Origin: the human T2T-CHM13v2.0 reference genome, Homo sapiens
Assembly (NCBI RefSeq): GCF_009914755.1
Contig: NC_060929.1
Direction: 5' to 3' (one strand)
DNA: 64,000 nucleotides
Shown: positions 19,135 to 33,743 of the stretch, piece by piece
Numbering within the stretch: position 1 is the stretch's first letter
How the letters are laid out: each line of letters opens with the position of its first letter
The notes under the pieces: model-generated
Database searches by the model: none
What the model saw: the letters and a program-made list of their open reading frames with translations, nothing else
What the model was told of the DNA's origin: nothing
Translations under genes and position numbers: made by a program

Positions 19135-19440
19135 AAATATTCACTCAACACGTATTTATGGAAAATGTACCCCGTGCCAGCTATGGAGCTCAAAAGCTGA
19201 CTTCCTTTTAGTCCTCATAGATTTAACAGTCTACAGAGCACAGAGCTATTGACAAATAATAATTAATCTGGAGATTGAGTGAGGGCTTCTCTGAGGAAGA
19301 AGTAGCATTAAACAGAATGCAAGATGAGGAGTCAAGCTAAAAAAATATGTCCTGCAGAGAAAAGAATGTGTGTGAATTGTCTAGCTGGAAGAAAATAGGT
19401 GAGGCTGTGCAATAGGAAAAGGGGCTAGGGATAACCCTAA
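19135..19440 (-). mobile_element. L2 3' fragment
   Basis: ttcactcaacacgtatttat..gtgccag..gagggcttctctgaggaag. Confidence 0.5.
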
Positions 19441-20949
19441 GTCCTAATAGCAGTAATATTGCCACAAATAATTTAGATTAAGCCTTTATTCATTTCTGTT
19501 TGGCATGGTAGTATTGATATCCAATTGTCTAAAGACTTTGAAGGCTTCTTTACTTGTTCTGCAAATTTTTCTTAAAGTAATGAAGATTCTTACATGACAT
19601 TACTGTAACTATTGATGCCTCACAAGATTACACTGAAATTTATTTGTGAAAAGTTTTTTTTAATATCTCAATTTAATGAGTCTGAAAGCTGAGATTCTAT
19701 ACTTATTTCAGTGTTATTACAACTTGAAGAAAGTACTGATACTCTTATAGATATGAACTTTGAACTTCAAAATATATATTATTTAAATGTCTAATAAAAA
19801 GACATAATTTCTTACAGTACTCTATATTAAGTAATGCCTATGTTCTCAGAATGCTTTTCTACAAAATCAGTGTTTCTGTAGTTGTACACTCAGATTGTAT
19901 ATGACAACTTTATTAGACCATCAAGCTTTCAACCAGAACAGCATTGAAAAAAATCTGCAAAATGGAGAAAATACAGTTTTTTTGTGACTGCTAAATCATA
20001 GAGTTTTCACAGGAACATTTTTGGTATTGATTCTTGAAAGCAAAAATTATTTCCAAAATGAGGAGCTCCTATTGGCTGTAGCTTTTAACATCTTCCTTTT
20101 CTTCTCATTGCCAGAGTTTATCAGAATAGTTTAATATGAGAAAAGCTCTCAAAAAAAAGAAAGAAAGCTGAAATTGCTTGATCTAGTTAAACATGATTTT
20201 TTTTCTAAATGATGTTCAATATTGCTAGAGGTTTTTTTTTCTTCTCATTTAGTCTCAAATTACTACATAAGAAAGCACTTGACATTTGCACACCAGCCTT
20301 CCCTCAAAGAGATATTTTAAGTTCTTAAAGAAAAAGGCAAGTGTATATGAGTATTCTAAGAACAGAGGCCTTTTAAAAAATTACCACCAACACTGTTATA
20401 AAACTATAGTACAAAAACATGCAGAGGTAGTTAGGAGTGGGGCTGACTTCAGGGAAAGATCTTTGGCAGACTGGGTGGGAAGATTTGAAGGAGATACTGA
20501 ACTGGAGGAAAGATGATTCTGGATAGAAAACAAAAGATACGATTAAGGAAGAAAGATGATGACGATACCACAAAACATTCAAGACTTCTTTCTACATCAA
20601 AACCAGAGAAAAATTTTGCATGTTACTATTGGATTTTGAAAAGTAACTAAAAGTATTTAAAAGTCAGCAGCAATGTAAGCCTATAGAAGTCTGTGGGGCC
20701 AAGAGAGGAACTGAGGGCAACATGAGCATTAATAAGCAGTCTGCCTGGTGAAAAGTGGGCTCTCTATCTCCAGATAACAAAAGCAAAATAGCAACAGTAA
20801 CGAGTTGGGGACATGATACCATGGTATGAAGGAAAACAGAATTACCCACAGTACTTTCCAATTTCAAAGGTGGTCATAAAACCTCTCAATTTACTCATAT
20901 CCAATACCAACAAGTTGATGAGGTGAAAAATAGGGAAAAGCTACCATGA

Positions 20950-21595
20950 ATATCACTCATATTAAATGTAAACTATATCTTTCCTTCCTTTTATATTCCA
21001 CTTCATTACCACTGCCTCATTTAGAATCTCATCTCTTTATCCTTGGACTACATCAAGTTGTAATCTCCAGGCTTCCCGGTTATCTCTGGAAACAATTTTG
21101 TAATTATATCCATCATGAGTATATGCAAAATCAATCTCATTTCATTCTTAGTTCATTAAGCTACAATGACTTCCTCAATGAGTTAAGCCACTCTGTTCAG
21201 CTTGCAAGGCCTTAAGTGTATTTTGTACATTTTCATCCATTGTTACTTCGCATGAATCTCAGTCAACTCTTTCTCTGTTATCCATATTGTCTTTATCATT
21301 TTCTTTTTTATCTCTCCTATAATTTCACACTTTCAAAATTCTTTGAGGCTCAATTTAAGTTCTAGTTCTTTCATGACACCAAATTAAAGTACACTAGGTC
21401 CAGGTTTTCTCCAACTTTGATCTCATAATACCAGAACCATACATATTAATTCCCCATTTGAAAAAGATTGGCTTAATTTGTCCCCACAAATAGATGTTAA
21501 ATTCTCACAAGCAGGGACTTTTTATACTACTTTTGTATCCACTGGGGGGCCCAACAGTGTTCTGAGTGTTTGATCATTAATTCAATAAATACTTA
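20950..21595 (+). mobile_element. L2 fragment
   Basis: Pyrimidine-rich L2-like body ending gcagggactt..gtatcc..ttcaataaatactt. Confidence 0.5.
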
Positions 21596-22499
21596 GAGAC
21601 TGGTTTCAGATAACTTTCTTAATATCAAAATTGGACTGCCCTTGAAAGATTATTCAGCAGAAGATACTGATTAAAACAGTCGTTTACAACAAGAGAAGGT
21701 TTCCAGTTCATAGATTTTATTGCCTGTTTTTTAGATAATACAAACACTGTAACAGGAAGCATCTTGTAAACAAAATTTGCCTTGACTGTTGGGCATAGCC
21801 AGCTTTAACTGCTACTTTAATCTCCGCTAAAGGCTCAGAGAGGAACTGAAATGTGAAGTGTTTAGCAGGGAGATGGTCCAAAAATCAAGTTAGTGTGGAA
21901 AATAACCTGAGTGAAAAATAGAAAAACACAGAAACTATGCCAGCTGTAGGAGTTGAGCCTGCACTGTGTCCCTTCACATTTTCCATTAATTCATAATTCT
22001 GGGCCACGCATGTTATATCCTCACTCTTTTCAATACTCACAACTTTAAGTTTAGTTTATCATAATTCCTGTCTTGAAAGAAGTGTTTACATTTTAGTCTT
22101 CCATTGACTTCTCTATTCTTAGCTCTTATCATTTGAATAGTCTGAGCTTGTTCAACTGTTTCCTTTGTCCCACCAACAAATTTAACCACAAGTTTTGGGG
22201 TTGAGATTAAGAAAAATAAATAGGCATAGATTTATATTAAGTTACTCCAGGTTATAAGAAAAAGCAACAAGAAATGGGCAGGTGCAGCATAGCTAGATGA
22301 CTTGGAGATGTTGTTTTCTTTCACATCTGTGAAAATAAAGGTATATGAGGAATCTACCTCGTGGAATGTCTTGAATTTTAGAATAATAGAATTTCAGATT
22401 TAGAGTGGACTTTAAACATAATCTTGCTGAAACTTTTGACCAATACTGTGTATATTACTGAAATTAAGACTTAGTTTCTACATCTATAAAACATGGGTA

Positions 22500-23096
22500 A
22501 CAAAATAAAGTTAAACACAGAATTCCCATATGACCTAGCAATTTCAGTTCTAGGTATGTAGGGCTCAAAATAATTGAAAATAGGTATTCAAATAATTATT
22601 TCCCACAAATGTTCATGGCAGCACTATGCACAACAGCCAAAAGCTGGAAGCAATCCAAATGCCCATTAATAGATGAATGGATAAACAAAATGTGGTATAT
22701 TCACAAAATAGAATATAATTCAGCTATAAAACAAAAATGAGTTACTAATATATATATTACATCGTGGATATGAATGAACCTCCAAAGCATTGTGCTAAGT
22801 GAAAAAAGACAGATACAAAACGTTAAATATAGCATAATATTATTTTTATGATACATCCCAAAAAGGTAAATCTATAGGGACAGAAAGTAGATTAGTAGTT
22901 GCAAGGCACTGATGAGAGAGAAGTAGGATATTGTGCTTTAAGGTATATGGAGTTTCCTTTGTGGGTGATAAAAATGTTTGGAAGCTAGAAAGAAGTGATG
23001 GTTGCACAACATTTTGTATGAATTAAATGCCATTGAATGTATATTTTAAAGGGGTTGGCTGTACATTATGTGAATTTCATCTCAATTAAAAAAAAA
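22500..23096 (+). mobile_element. L1MB-type 3' end
   Basis: cccatatgacctagcaatt..gatgaatggataaacaaaatgtggtatat..tgtgaatttcatctcaatt followed by A tail. Confidence 0.85.
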
Positions 23097-24515
23097 GAAG
23101 GAGAGAAATGCTAGAGGTTGAAATATTTCTGTCTTTTACAGGTCATGTTGCAACTGACAGCATTATCCAATTTAAACTCTCTAACACCATTTACTCTTTG
23201 TGGTCCATATAAATTTGATGAACATAATTGTTAATTCATAGATATCTATCTAACATAAATATCTACTTTTACTTTAAAGTATTGCCATGTTAATTAGTTT
23301 AAATAAGAAGTAGTATACATACATTTAGAACAGATTATAACTCTCCTGTCATTTACATTTGGATGCAGTTCATGGTGAATTTGCACATCCTTTGAAGAAA
23401 AACCTTCATGCTTTAGTTTGTGTTCAGCTATACAATATCCACTATTTTAAGTTGTTGGCAGGAAATAGCTATTTAGTATTAGTCATCTTGCAGAATTTAT
23501 AACATAATGATTGTAATCCAACCCCAACAACAGAATACTATATTGCCAAGAATGGAATCGGGCTCACATTTATCTTTAATGGAGAAATATGTTCTATTTT
23601 AAAAAGCCAAGAAAAAAATAAACAGTCATGGAGGGTTAAAGTTGGCAGAATCTAGCCTAGGTATTACTTTTCAACTTTTCAAGCAACTAGTGAATCACCT
23701 ATGACAAGTCTAATTAAAACAATTTCTGCTCCGTAACTGGGATACTAAGCAGATGGTAGAAATAAAGATGTGCTGAACAGGCCATAAATAATTGAGGCAG
23801 GAAAAAATACAAAGAGAAGTGCAAGCTAGTCCTTGCAGTTTATGTGAGTATGCATAGTTTTCTCTGATATGTTAGCATATGCTTTTAGCATTGTACCTTT
23901 ACAAATATACATTGTAAGATATATGACATTATTCTTGGAAGCTGGGCCTTGTAGATGTTATAAATATAATCCACAAAAAGTAGCTAAGGATTATGACATA
24001 ATAATCTGTTGGGAAATGAAATAAAAGGAAAGGCATATAAACCAAATAGACAATTGGAAGGAGATATAAGAGTTTATAGTCCCAGTGAGCCGTGAACTGA
24101 TAGTGGTAATTGGATTATATAATTTCTCATCATAAAGCCAATACTCATTGTCACTGTGAAATCTGTTTTGCTTCCTGTGCCGAGCCTTCCAATTGAATGG
24201 AATTTCACTGTGAAGGGGATTTAAAATATTAAAGAAACAAATGAGCCTTTAAAATTTTTCTGTCTAAACTGTACAATAGTCAGGAACTCTGCACAACACA
24301 AGTACATGATATTGTCTTCACAGAACACACATTCCCAGAGCAAGTTCCTTGGCTTACACTATTACCAGTCACACTCAATCAAGTATAGCCCTTCAAGGAT
24401 TCCATGGGAAGAAATGTGTGAAACAGATTTTGGATATCCTGTAGGGGGCAGTGGGCAAGTTATCAAGGGACTAGGAAATCAATAAACAATGCAGACAATC
24501 TAATTTTCAGCGATG

Positions 24516-27196
24516 CAGGCATAACATGGAGGTATTGCGAATAACTTGGAGATATTTATTTCAGTGGTTTGGTTAATATTACAGTAAATTGAGTCATACA
24601 AAATTTTTCATTTCTCAGTGCATACAAAAGCATGCAGTAGCATTATGTCTAAAATACCAATGTATATACCTTAAGTTAAAGTATTTTATTGCTAAAAAGT
24701 ACTAACAATCATCAGAACCTTCAATGAGCTGTGATCTTTCTGCTATTTGAGGGTCTTGCCTTGATGTTAATGGCTGCTGACTGAGCAGGAAGGTGGTTGT
24801 TGAAGCTTGGGGTGACTGTGGTATTTTTGTAAATGAAAGAACAATGAAGTTTGCTGCATGGATTGGCTCTTTCTTTCACGTGAGATTTCTCTGAAGCATG
24901 CAATACTATTTGATAGTATTTTACCCAAGGTAGAACTTCTTTTAAAATTGCAGTATATCGTCTCAAACACTGCCACTTCCTTATCAACTAAGTGTATGTA
25001 ATATTCTAAATCCTGTGTGATCGTTTCAACATTGTTCATAATGTCTTCACCAAGAGTAGATTTCTTCTCAAGAAACCACCCTCTTTGCTCATCCATAAGA
25101 CGCAACTCCTCATTTGTTCAAGTTTAGTCCCAAGATTGTAGCAATTGAGTCACAGCTTCAGGCTCCACTTCTAGTATTTTTACTCTTTGTTTTGTTTGTT
25201 TGTTTGTTTGTTTGTTTGGAGACAGAGTCTCACTCTGTCTCCCAGGCTGGAGTGAAGTGGCGTGATCTCGGCTTACTGCAACCGCCTCCAGGGTTCAAGA
25301 GGTTGTCCTGCCTCAGCCTCTAGAGTAGTTGGGACTACAGGCAAGTTCCACCATGCCCAGCTGATTTTTGTATTTTTAGTAGAGACAGGGTTTCACCATA
25401 TTGGCCAGGATGGTCTCGATCTCTTGACCTCATAATCCACCCACCTCAGCCTCCCAAAGTGCTGGATTTACAGGTGTAAGCCACCACACCCAGCTATGCT
25501 CTTAGTATTTCTAACACATCACACTTACTTCCTCCACTATAGTCCTACAGCCTTCAAAGTCATCCCTGAGGGTTAGACTCAACATCGTTCAAACTCCTGT
25601 TACTGTTGGTATTTTGACCTCCTTTCATGAATCATGAATGTTCTTAATGGCATTTAGAATGGTGAATATTTTCCAGAGGGTTTCAATGTATTTTGCCCAG
25701 ACCCACCAGAGTAATCCCTATTCACGGCTGCCATAGGCTTACAAAACATACTTCTTCAATAATCCTAGAAAGGCAAAATTGCTCCTCTAACTGTGGGCTG
25801 CAGAATGGATGTTAACAGGCATGAAAACAAGATTAATATCTTTGTACATCCCCATCGGAGCAATTGGATGACCAGGTGCATTGTCAATGAGCAGTAATAT
25901 TTTGAGAAAGGAACTTTTTTTTTTTCTGAGCAGTAGATGTCAACAGTGGGCTTAAAATATTCAGTAAACCATGCTGTAAATGGATGTGCTGTCATCCAGG
26001 CTTTCTTATTCTATTTATGAAGCACAGAGAGAATTGATTTAGCATAGTTCTTAAGGGCCCCAAGATTTGTGGAATAGTCAATGAGCTTTGGTTTGAACTT
26101 GAAGTCACCAACTGTGTTAGCCCCAACAAGTTCAAGCTGTCCTTTGAAGCTTTGAAGCAAGCCACTGACTTCTCTATAGATATGAAAGTCTGAGATGGCA
26201 TCTTTTTCCAATACTTCAAATATAAGGCTGTTTCATCTTCATTGAAAACCTGTTTAGTGTGGCCACTTTCATCAATTTCCTTAGTTAGATTTTCTGGATA
26301 ACTTGCTGAGCTTCTACATCAGCACTTGCTGCTTCACCCTGCAGTTATAAGCTCTGGAGATGGCTTTATTCCCGAAACCTCATGAACCAATCTTTTGTTA
26401 GCTTCAAACTTTTCTTCTGTAGCTTTCTCACCAGGCTTTGCTCTGGATTAGGCTATAGCTTAAGGGAATTTTGTGGCTGGTTTGATCTTCTATCCAGACC
26501 ACTCAAACTTTCCCCATATCAGCAATAAGGCTGTTTATTTTTCTTATCACTTATGTGTTCACTGGAGTAGCATTTTAAATTTTCTTCAAGAACTTTCCCT
26601 TTGCATTCACAACTTGGCTAAATGGTGCAAGAGGCCTTGCTTTCGAACTATCTCGGCTTTCAACACATCCTTCTCACTAAGCTTAATCATTACTGGATTT
26701 TTATTTAAGATGAGATACATGTGACTCTTTCACTTGAAAACTTAAAGGACATTATAGGTTATTAATTGGGCTAATTTCAATATTGTTGTGTCTCAGGAAT
26801 TAGGGAGGCCTAAGAAGGGAAAGAGAGATCAGTGAACATCCTGTAGATGGAGCAGTCAGAATATACATAATTATTGACTAAATTTGCTGTCTTGTATGGA
26901 TGTGGTTTGTGGTGTCCCAAAACAAATACAGTAATAACATCAAAAACCACTGATCGCAAATCACCATAACAAATATAATAATAATACAAAAGTTTGAAAT
27001 GTTGCAGAAATTAACAAAATGACATACACAGACACATAGTAGGCACATGCTATTGGAAAAATGGCACTGACAGACTTGCTGTTCACAGAGTTGCCACAAA
27101 GCTTCAATCTGAAAATAAAACAAAACAAACAAACAAACAAAACACTGTATCTATGAGGTGAACTAAAGCAAAGCACAGTAAAACAAAATATGACTG
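24516..27196 (-). mobile_element. Tigger1 DNA transposon (TcMar-Tigger), near full length, degenerate transposase
   Basis: TIR-like ends CAGGCATA.. and ..TATGACTG; minus-strand peptides [18 protein letters not shown] and MDEQRGWFLE..DLEYYIHLVDK match recalled Tigger1/TIGD1-type transposase; many stops and frameshifts. Confidence 0.92.
25186..25494 (-). mobile_element. Alu (AluSc-like) inserted in Tigger1
   Basis: (TTTG)n tail, antisense dimer, ggatggtctcgatctcttgacctc. Confidence 0.93.
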
Positions 27197-30100
27197 TGTT
27201 CTTCTATTTGTCAACATACATCAGAAATAGCAGTGAAGTTTGAATATCTAGCTGAACAAGAGATTTAATCTGTGCATGGACCTCTCGGCAATGACTGATC
27301 TAAAGCTAGTGCTGGCTTGGGTGATATACTGTGAAAACAACAATGAGAATTCATGGAATTACAGATGAATATTATTCAATGATTTCTTTTTCTCTCTCAA
27401 AGTGCTTCCAGGATAAAAAGACACACTAGAAAAGGCAGATGTAATTAAAGGTAATGAGAGATCAAACTTTAATTGAACTATAAAAAAACACCACCTCTTC
27501 TACTTGATAATTACACTAACACCACCAGGATCAGCTCCACCATTTTTATTTCCCTTGAACCTTTATTATCACATTATTGGCATGTATATCCTACAATTAA
27601 AACATCTTGAATTTATAAAAATGTTAGTTATCAAAGAAATTAAAAAGAAATAAGATGCAGTGATGTGCAGTGGCATAACATCAGCCCATGAACTCATTGC
27701 CCCAAATGGTAATGCTCTAAAGTAATGTGAGGTTCCTTAATATATGCTAATTAATGAAGGGAATTCAGTTTAAAAAATCATATACATACGCTCTCCACTC
27801 TTCTCTACTGTGAAATATTTTTCTGCTCTCTTTAGTGCATTGAAATTGCACTAGTTTCTTTCTACTTAAAGAATATCTGATAGTTTGTATACATATTAAT
27901 TTGATTACTTGCAGGTTGATTAGTGAGCACTTTTGGGGAAGGCATGTTGATTCCAATTTTGATTAAAAATAAGCAGAGAACATCTGAAGTTTGATTTGGG
28001 CAAATGAACCAATGTCTGGTGTAATAAGTGGAAGAATGGCTCTTAGCTAAAGACACTTGAGAGTTATCACAGAAGATTGGGAATAAAAGGTACTTAAAAG
28101 TTTGAAGCACTATATAATACTTCATGAAATAATCACTCTTTAGGAAATAAACAATGATGACACAATAACACAATGATTTTGGAATAATTAAAGAAAAATT
28201 TCAATTCATTTTAAAATTCTTACTGCAGAAAAACTCTCATTACCTACTCAGAACTTTTTAGAAACTGATTTGTGGCTTTTTTTTTTCTCAATTTTTTGAG
28301 TCCTCTTGGGATTTTGATGCTATTTTTGAGGGAAAATGGTCTCAATTTTACTCAGCTGGGCATGTTTCTAACATGTGTTTCACTGATTGTAGAATTATTT
28401 ATTAGCCTTCTTAAGATAACATAAGTTTAAAAATGCTGTAAGCCTCCATTTTTTTTCCTTTAATGAACTCAGGTCTACGAAAACTGTCTGGTTAGTTTAA
28501 GAGAACCTTAAATTTGGTGGAGGGATGAACAGTGGAATGATTGGAAGTAATAAAGAGTTTCTAAAAGTGGAAACAGGAAACAAATCAATGATGAAATATA
28601 ATTTTGCTTTCATGAAGGCCTAAAGAATAATGGGCTTTATAAGGAATGATAAAATTAAATTTTAGAAGCAAGGAATGCAGAGGTCTATAGAGGAAGACTT
28701 ATTCTTTCTGTTAAGACTAAAAATGATAGCTCTACTTAAATCTCTTTTGGCACTAGAAAAATCTTGTGAAATTGAGTTTCATATTCCATTGACATGTCAA
28801 GGTATCTTATTCACCCGAGAAACAGTTTCACTTAAATATATGACTTGTTCTGCACCATCACAGGACTTAATTTAAGCATAGCACTTCTACTATCGAGGAG
28901 GATCATGCTTGTATCAGCTCCATCAGGGTTACAAGGCAAGTGGAGAATTGAGGCCATCAATTTTAAGGCCATAGAGTTGAAAAGTCTAGTCTTTAGTAAG
29001 TGACTTAAAACGTCTTGTGTGGGCTGTATTTATTGGTTTGATGCCACAGCATAATGAAATTTATGAAACAATTATTTTATGTCTGAATTCATGACTAAAT
29101 TGCTAAACTTAACTTGCCATCCATTTACAGAAAGAACTCATATGAGAGTTCAGTTTTAGAAAAGACACAGGTCATTTAAAAATACAACTAAAGGTCACTA
29201 TTTCTAAGATCTCTTCTATAATAGGGGTGAGGACAGTCCATGTTTAAAGTAGTAACAGTAGTAAACTGAATATATAGATGAACTTTTAAAATACAGAGAA
29301 GGAAAAAGGAAGTCTCACGGACAATAATGTTTTACTTTCAAAACTAAGCTAGCTTTTTATTAAAATATCATATGAAATTAAAGAAAATTTAAGAACCCCA
29401 ATCACCAATATTGAACCACAGTTATCCTCAGAAAAGGTAGCACAAATATATTCTCAGAAGACATTTTTATTATAAGTGGATTAACTTACTTGGTTTTGTC
29501 TCTATCTCAAATACGTAGGTGAGAAAACACAGGTAATTATACTTTGACAATTACAGTAGCCACAAAAAGTTAGTGTTTTCTTCAATTTATGGTACTGAAG
29601 AGTATCTAGAAGGTAATATGGTTAATCAGTAAGATGGAAAAACCATTAATAGACCTTCTGTTGTAAGAAACATTATATGGGGCTAATACCTTTGTAATTA
29701 AAATGTGAAGCAATCCATTTTCATGTCAGTTACCCTTGATTGCCAGGTTGGCCTATAAATCTATATTGCTTGGAGTGCTGTCTTTTCATTACTTAATAGT
29801 TTGCATTCAGTGGAGGAGGATATCCACCCTGAAAAAGAAGTAATATTCTTTCTTCAAGGACATTAATTTTCTTTATTCAAAAACTATTAGTCAGCTATTT
29901 ATTTTGTCAACAAATATTCTAGGCTTTTGCAGTAAGCACGGTTTCACAAATGCCTTTCCCTATGGTAAAATGTTATTTATACAGCTTACTTTCCATTCGA
30001 TATATGGGTATTTTTATTTTTCTTCTAGAGCTTTTGTAGTGAGGAACATTGGAACTTTACCCTAGCTAATTTGCACTCTTGATCATGACTATTAAGTTAG

Positions 30101-31616
30101 TGGTTGTGAACTTACTTGTTTTCACTCCAGGATATCTTTTAACGACCAACTAACAATGTTGACACAGAAAAAGCAATGAGCAAATAGGCACTATTTTTTC
30201 CCTTAAATCTGGCTAAAGTTTAAACCAGCATTTTTTGAGACACTGAGCTATGTATTAGTCAGCATATTCCACTCATGCTTTTCAACGTAGGATAACAGGT
30301 TCAACAAAAAGAAATCTGAAAATCCTGTCAGTAGTCTTCTCTAACCATCACGGTAGGGCATCTTTCATAGTCAATACCATTGCCTCAGACTAGCCACTTG
30401 CTTGAGGGTGATAAGGTATAACTGTGATAGTTCTGATAAGGTTTGTGCACTCAAATATTTTAAACACTACTAGAGTAAATGTAGACTCTTTGTCCAAACC
30501 ATTAATTGCTAGCTAGCCATGTGTTGCAGATAACTGCAACACAGCTGTTAAGAGTTGAAGTGTGAGCTAGAGTTAGACACATTTTCTACTACTTTGAGGC
30601 AAAATCTATTATAATCAATATATACTTTCTCTGGGTTGGTGCAACTCTATCAAGATGGAATCCTGACCAATACTTTTTGGTCAATTTTCATTACAAATTA
30701 GGATATTTTGTTTGGTGATTTTGCCCATGTTGAAAATAGATATTTTTAAGTATTTAAATTTGAGTATAAGCTAAATTCTTTTTATTTTTTCATCACGTTA
30801 TATACCAACTGAGACCCTATTTCACAGGTACTTACTCTGGGATCCATTTTAATAAAGCAGTTTCCATTTGGAGTATTGTCAATCACTATATCACAGGACA
30901 GGGATATTTTAAACCAAGATTTGGCATTTAAAAATAATATTCTACTTGGCACTGACATACACCAAACTAAGTCTCATGGCCGTGATACATTACAGCAGAG
31001 TGGGAATATGTGATCTTTTCACAGGCAGGAGTACCACAAAAAAGACACCAAAATAATATGATGCATAATATTTGTATCTACTTTGGTAGTAACATTTTAG
31101 GAAATAAATATTATGATGTCATATAATACATTATAGCCAATCTTTTATCTGCTAGTCTTGAGACATCAGTGGTGATAAAGAGTAGTTTATATTTATTTTA
31201 AAATGGTAATACAGCTATAGAATTTTTAAAAAGCTTGATTATTTATCCATCATCTTGGAAAATACATTAAATACAGTTAACTATATCATAGAATATTATA
31301 GTGATGATTATCTTTATAAAGGTGGAAAAAGTACTCTGTATAAATGTAGTAGCAACAGAAAGGTCTGAAAATCTTGTGTTGTCATTGAAATGACTAAATT
31401 ATAGACCATGTACCTTATCTTCAGTGAGTTAAATTCCAGAAGCATTGATGTGATGGCTCAACTTGTGACACAAGATAATACATTTTCACATTTTTAAATT
31501 CAGAAACTCATACATCCTATGTAGATCTGTCTGAAGTCATTCTGATGGTCACTCATCTGTATATTACGTGATCCTGACTCTCTGGAATTTGTACTATACT
31601 TTAAAGCCCTAGTATT

Positions 31617-31703
31617 GAGGAGCAGGAGAAGGAGGAGGAGGAGGAGGAAGAAGAACAGAAGGAGGAAGAGGAGGAGAAGGAGGAGGAGGCGGAGGAGGAG
31701 GAG
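31617..31703. repeat. (GGA)n/(GAA) purine-rich microsatellite
   Basis: Seen directly. Confidence 0.9.
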
Positions 31704-32342
31704 ACATATATCAAAGAATTCCAAACTCAAGTATATTCTATGGAAAGAACTTTAATAAGTGATGGTAATAATTCATTACTAGCCTAATGCTGTGTTTCCA
31801 GTGACAAAAAGAAAAATGACACTCTCTGAGCAAGCATAGGGCTTTCTTAAGTGGATGGCATCTTTGTGCATCCTTCCTTCCAGGTAGGTGTAGCCTTGCA
31901 CCATGTCATACGGCTTGAACCAATCTCAGTTTCCTTTACCTCCTCAGCTAGACAACCTCAAACAATGCAAAAACTATTCAAGCAAATGTGAGAGCCCTAG
32001 TTATTGAGTATTTATGGTAGCTTAATTAAAGATATGTCTTTATACACTTAGCAAAACCAAGTTTCACAAAGATTTTGCTCCAGAAATAAGTAATTGCTCA
32101 AGTGTTCATTTCACATTGTATTTCCACTCTCCATGATTATCTTGCCTCTAGCTGAGCCTCTGACTTAATCTCCTTCACTTCTAATCCCACTCAAAAGTTA
32201 CACATCACTAATACTGGCTCTACTTATACTTCCTAATCATAACTCTGCTTCACATGTCCATGCATTTGCACTTTGACAGCTTCCCATTTCACATTCCACC
32301 TGCTATAGCTTCTGAAAACCCAGCACAAACGTTTATGTTTTC

Positions 32343-32760
32343 TATGGAAGTCATGAAAATACAACATAGAGACTTTCTGCTGCAGAAAAAATAGTTGATT
32401 CATAGCCCTGTTTCTGTTCTCTGAATCTACCAGTGTTTATGCCAAGATCATGCTTCTCTTGAGATGATCCAAGCATTGATACAACGGCAGATCTATTCCT
32501 GCAAAATATGTCTTCTCTGACCACTGACTTTGGTTCAAGGACATTCTATTGATGTGAGCAAGTCTTTCTTAGAGATGTGCTACAGTCTGAGACTGTTCCT
32601 AATCTTACCTCTTTGCTACTGTTTTTCCAGAAGTCAGACCTGTCTTATTCCTTCTCTGGCTCTGCAATCCCCATTTTATTTTACATGTGTTTCCTCAATA
32701 AATCTCTTGCATAGATAAACTCTTATGAGCATCTTTTGTTAGAGGATCTGAACTAAGACA
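32343..32760 (+). mobile_element. LTR16-type 5' LTR of ERVL provirus (HERV16)
   Basis: aataaatctcttgca..agaggatctgaactaagaca terminus; shares tttctta.ag.tgtgctaca..ctgagact.ttccta with 37255-37291. Confidence 0.7.
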
Positions 32761-33430
32761 ATTGATACTGAAAGAGGTCCAAAAATAGGTGGCAAGATGG
32801 GAATTGGAGACAGGATCAATCACCTGCCCACAGGTAAAATGGATGTCATCCTAAGTGGTAGGTGAGGCATAGACAGTCTCTGGCACAAGATGGTACCCTA
32901 ATTGCTATTGATTTCACCACTTGAGACATGAAAATATGTTCCAATGGAATAAAATACCCTTTCAAATGCAATAATTCAGGCATTTGAAAGATAAGAGTTT
33001 ACGAGGCAGCATCAAAAAGACAAGGACTTCTATATTATGTTGGTGCCTTGCAGAGAAATAATGAGAAACTGATGGATGTAAACAAGCATTTAACAGCAAA
33101 ATGTGAGCACCAGAGGGTCTTTTTGCTGGCTTAAATAGATATCCAGATCTCCTGGAGAAGAACAGATACAGCAGCAAATTGAAAATTTGATAATTATATT
33201 TGCATAACTTCAGAGACATCTGAAAGTCCTTCAAGACAGGTGTTTTTGTGCTAAAATCAAGGCCCTGGTTAAGACAATCTGGGACTCTGAAGCTTGGGAT
33301 GGGAATATCTAGACAAGTGTCCATGTAGATGATGACTTATAGACACCCTTGAACTGGCAGAGCTTGGAGAAATAGTTCACTTTTGTGCAGTAAACTAGTT
33401 CTTTCACTCCTTTATTAGACTATAAGACCC

Positions 33431-33743
33431 AGCCTGGGTAGAGTGACTTGCACCTGTAATCCCAGCATTTGGGGAGGCCTATGTGGGTGAATCACTTAAG
33501 CCCAGGAGTTGGAGACTAACCTGGGCAACATGATGAAACCCTATCACTACTAAAAACTACAAAACTTTGCTGGGCGTGGTGATGTATGCTGTAGTACCAG
33601 CTACTCAGGAGACTGAGGTGAAAGGATCACTTGAACCTGGGAGGCAGAGGTTGCAGTAATCTGTGATTGCACCACTGACCACTGCACTCCATCCTGGATT
33701 ACATAGCAAGACTCTGTCTAAAAAAAAAAAAAAAGAAAGAAAA
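33431..33743 (+). mobile_element. AluJ (Jb-like) inside the ERVL
   Basis: cacttaagcccaggagtt AluJ pattern, high divergence; TSD agactataa(g/a)ac at 33417 and 33744. Confidence 0.9.

Noticed and set aside
24721-26219. TIGD1-like domesticated transposase gene
   Set aside because: Fragmented by stops, frameshifts and an Alu, and still bounded by TIRs; a decayed Tigger1 copy.
31500-31730. Poly-Leu signal-peptide-like ORF
   Set aside because: Translation of the (TCC)n strand of a microsatellite.
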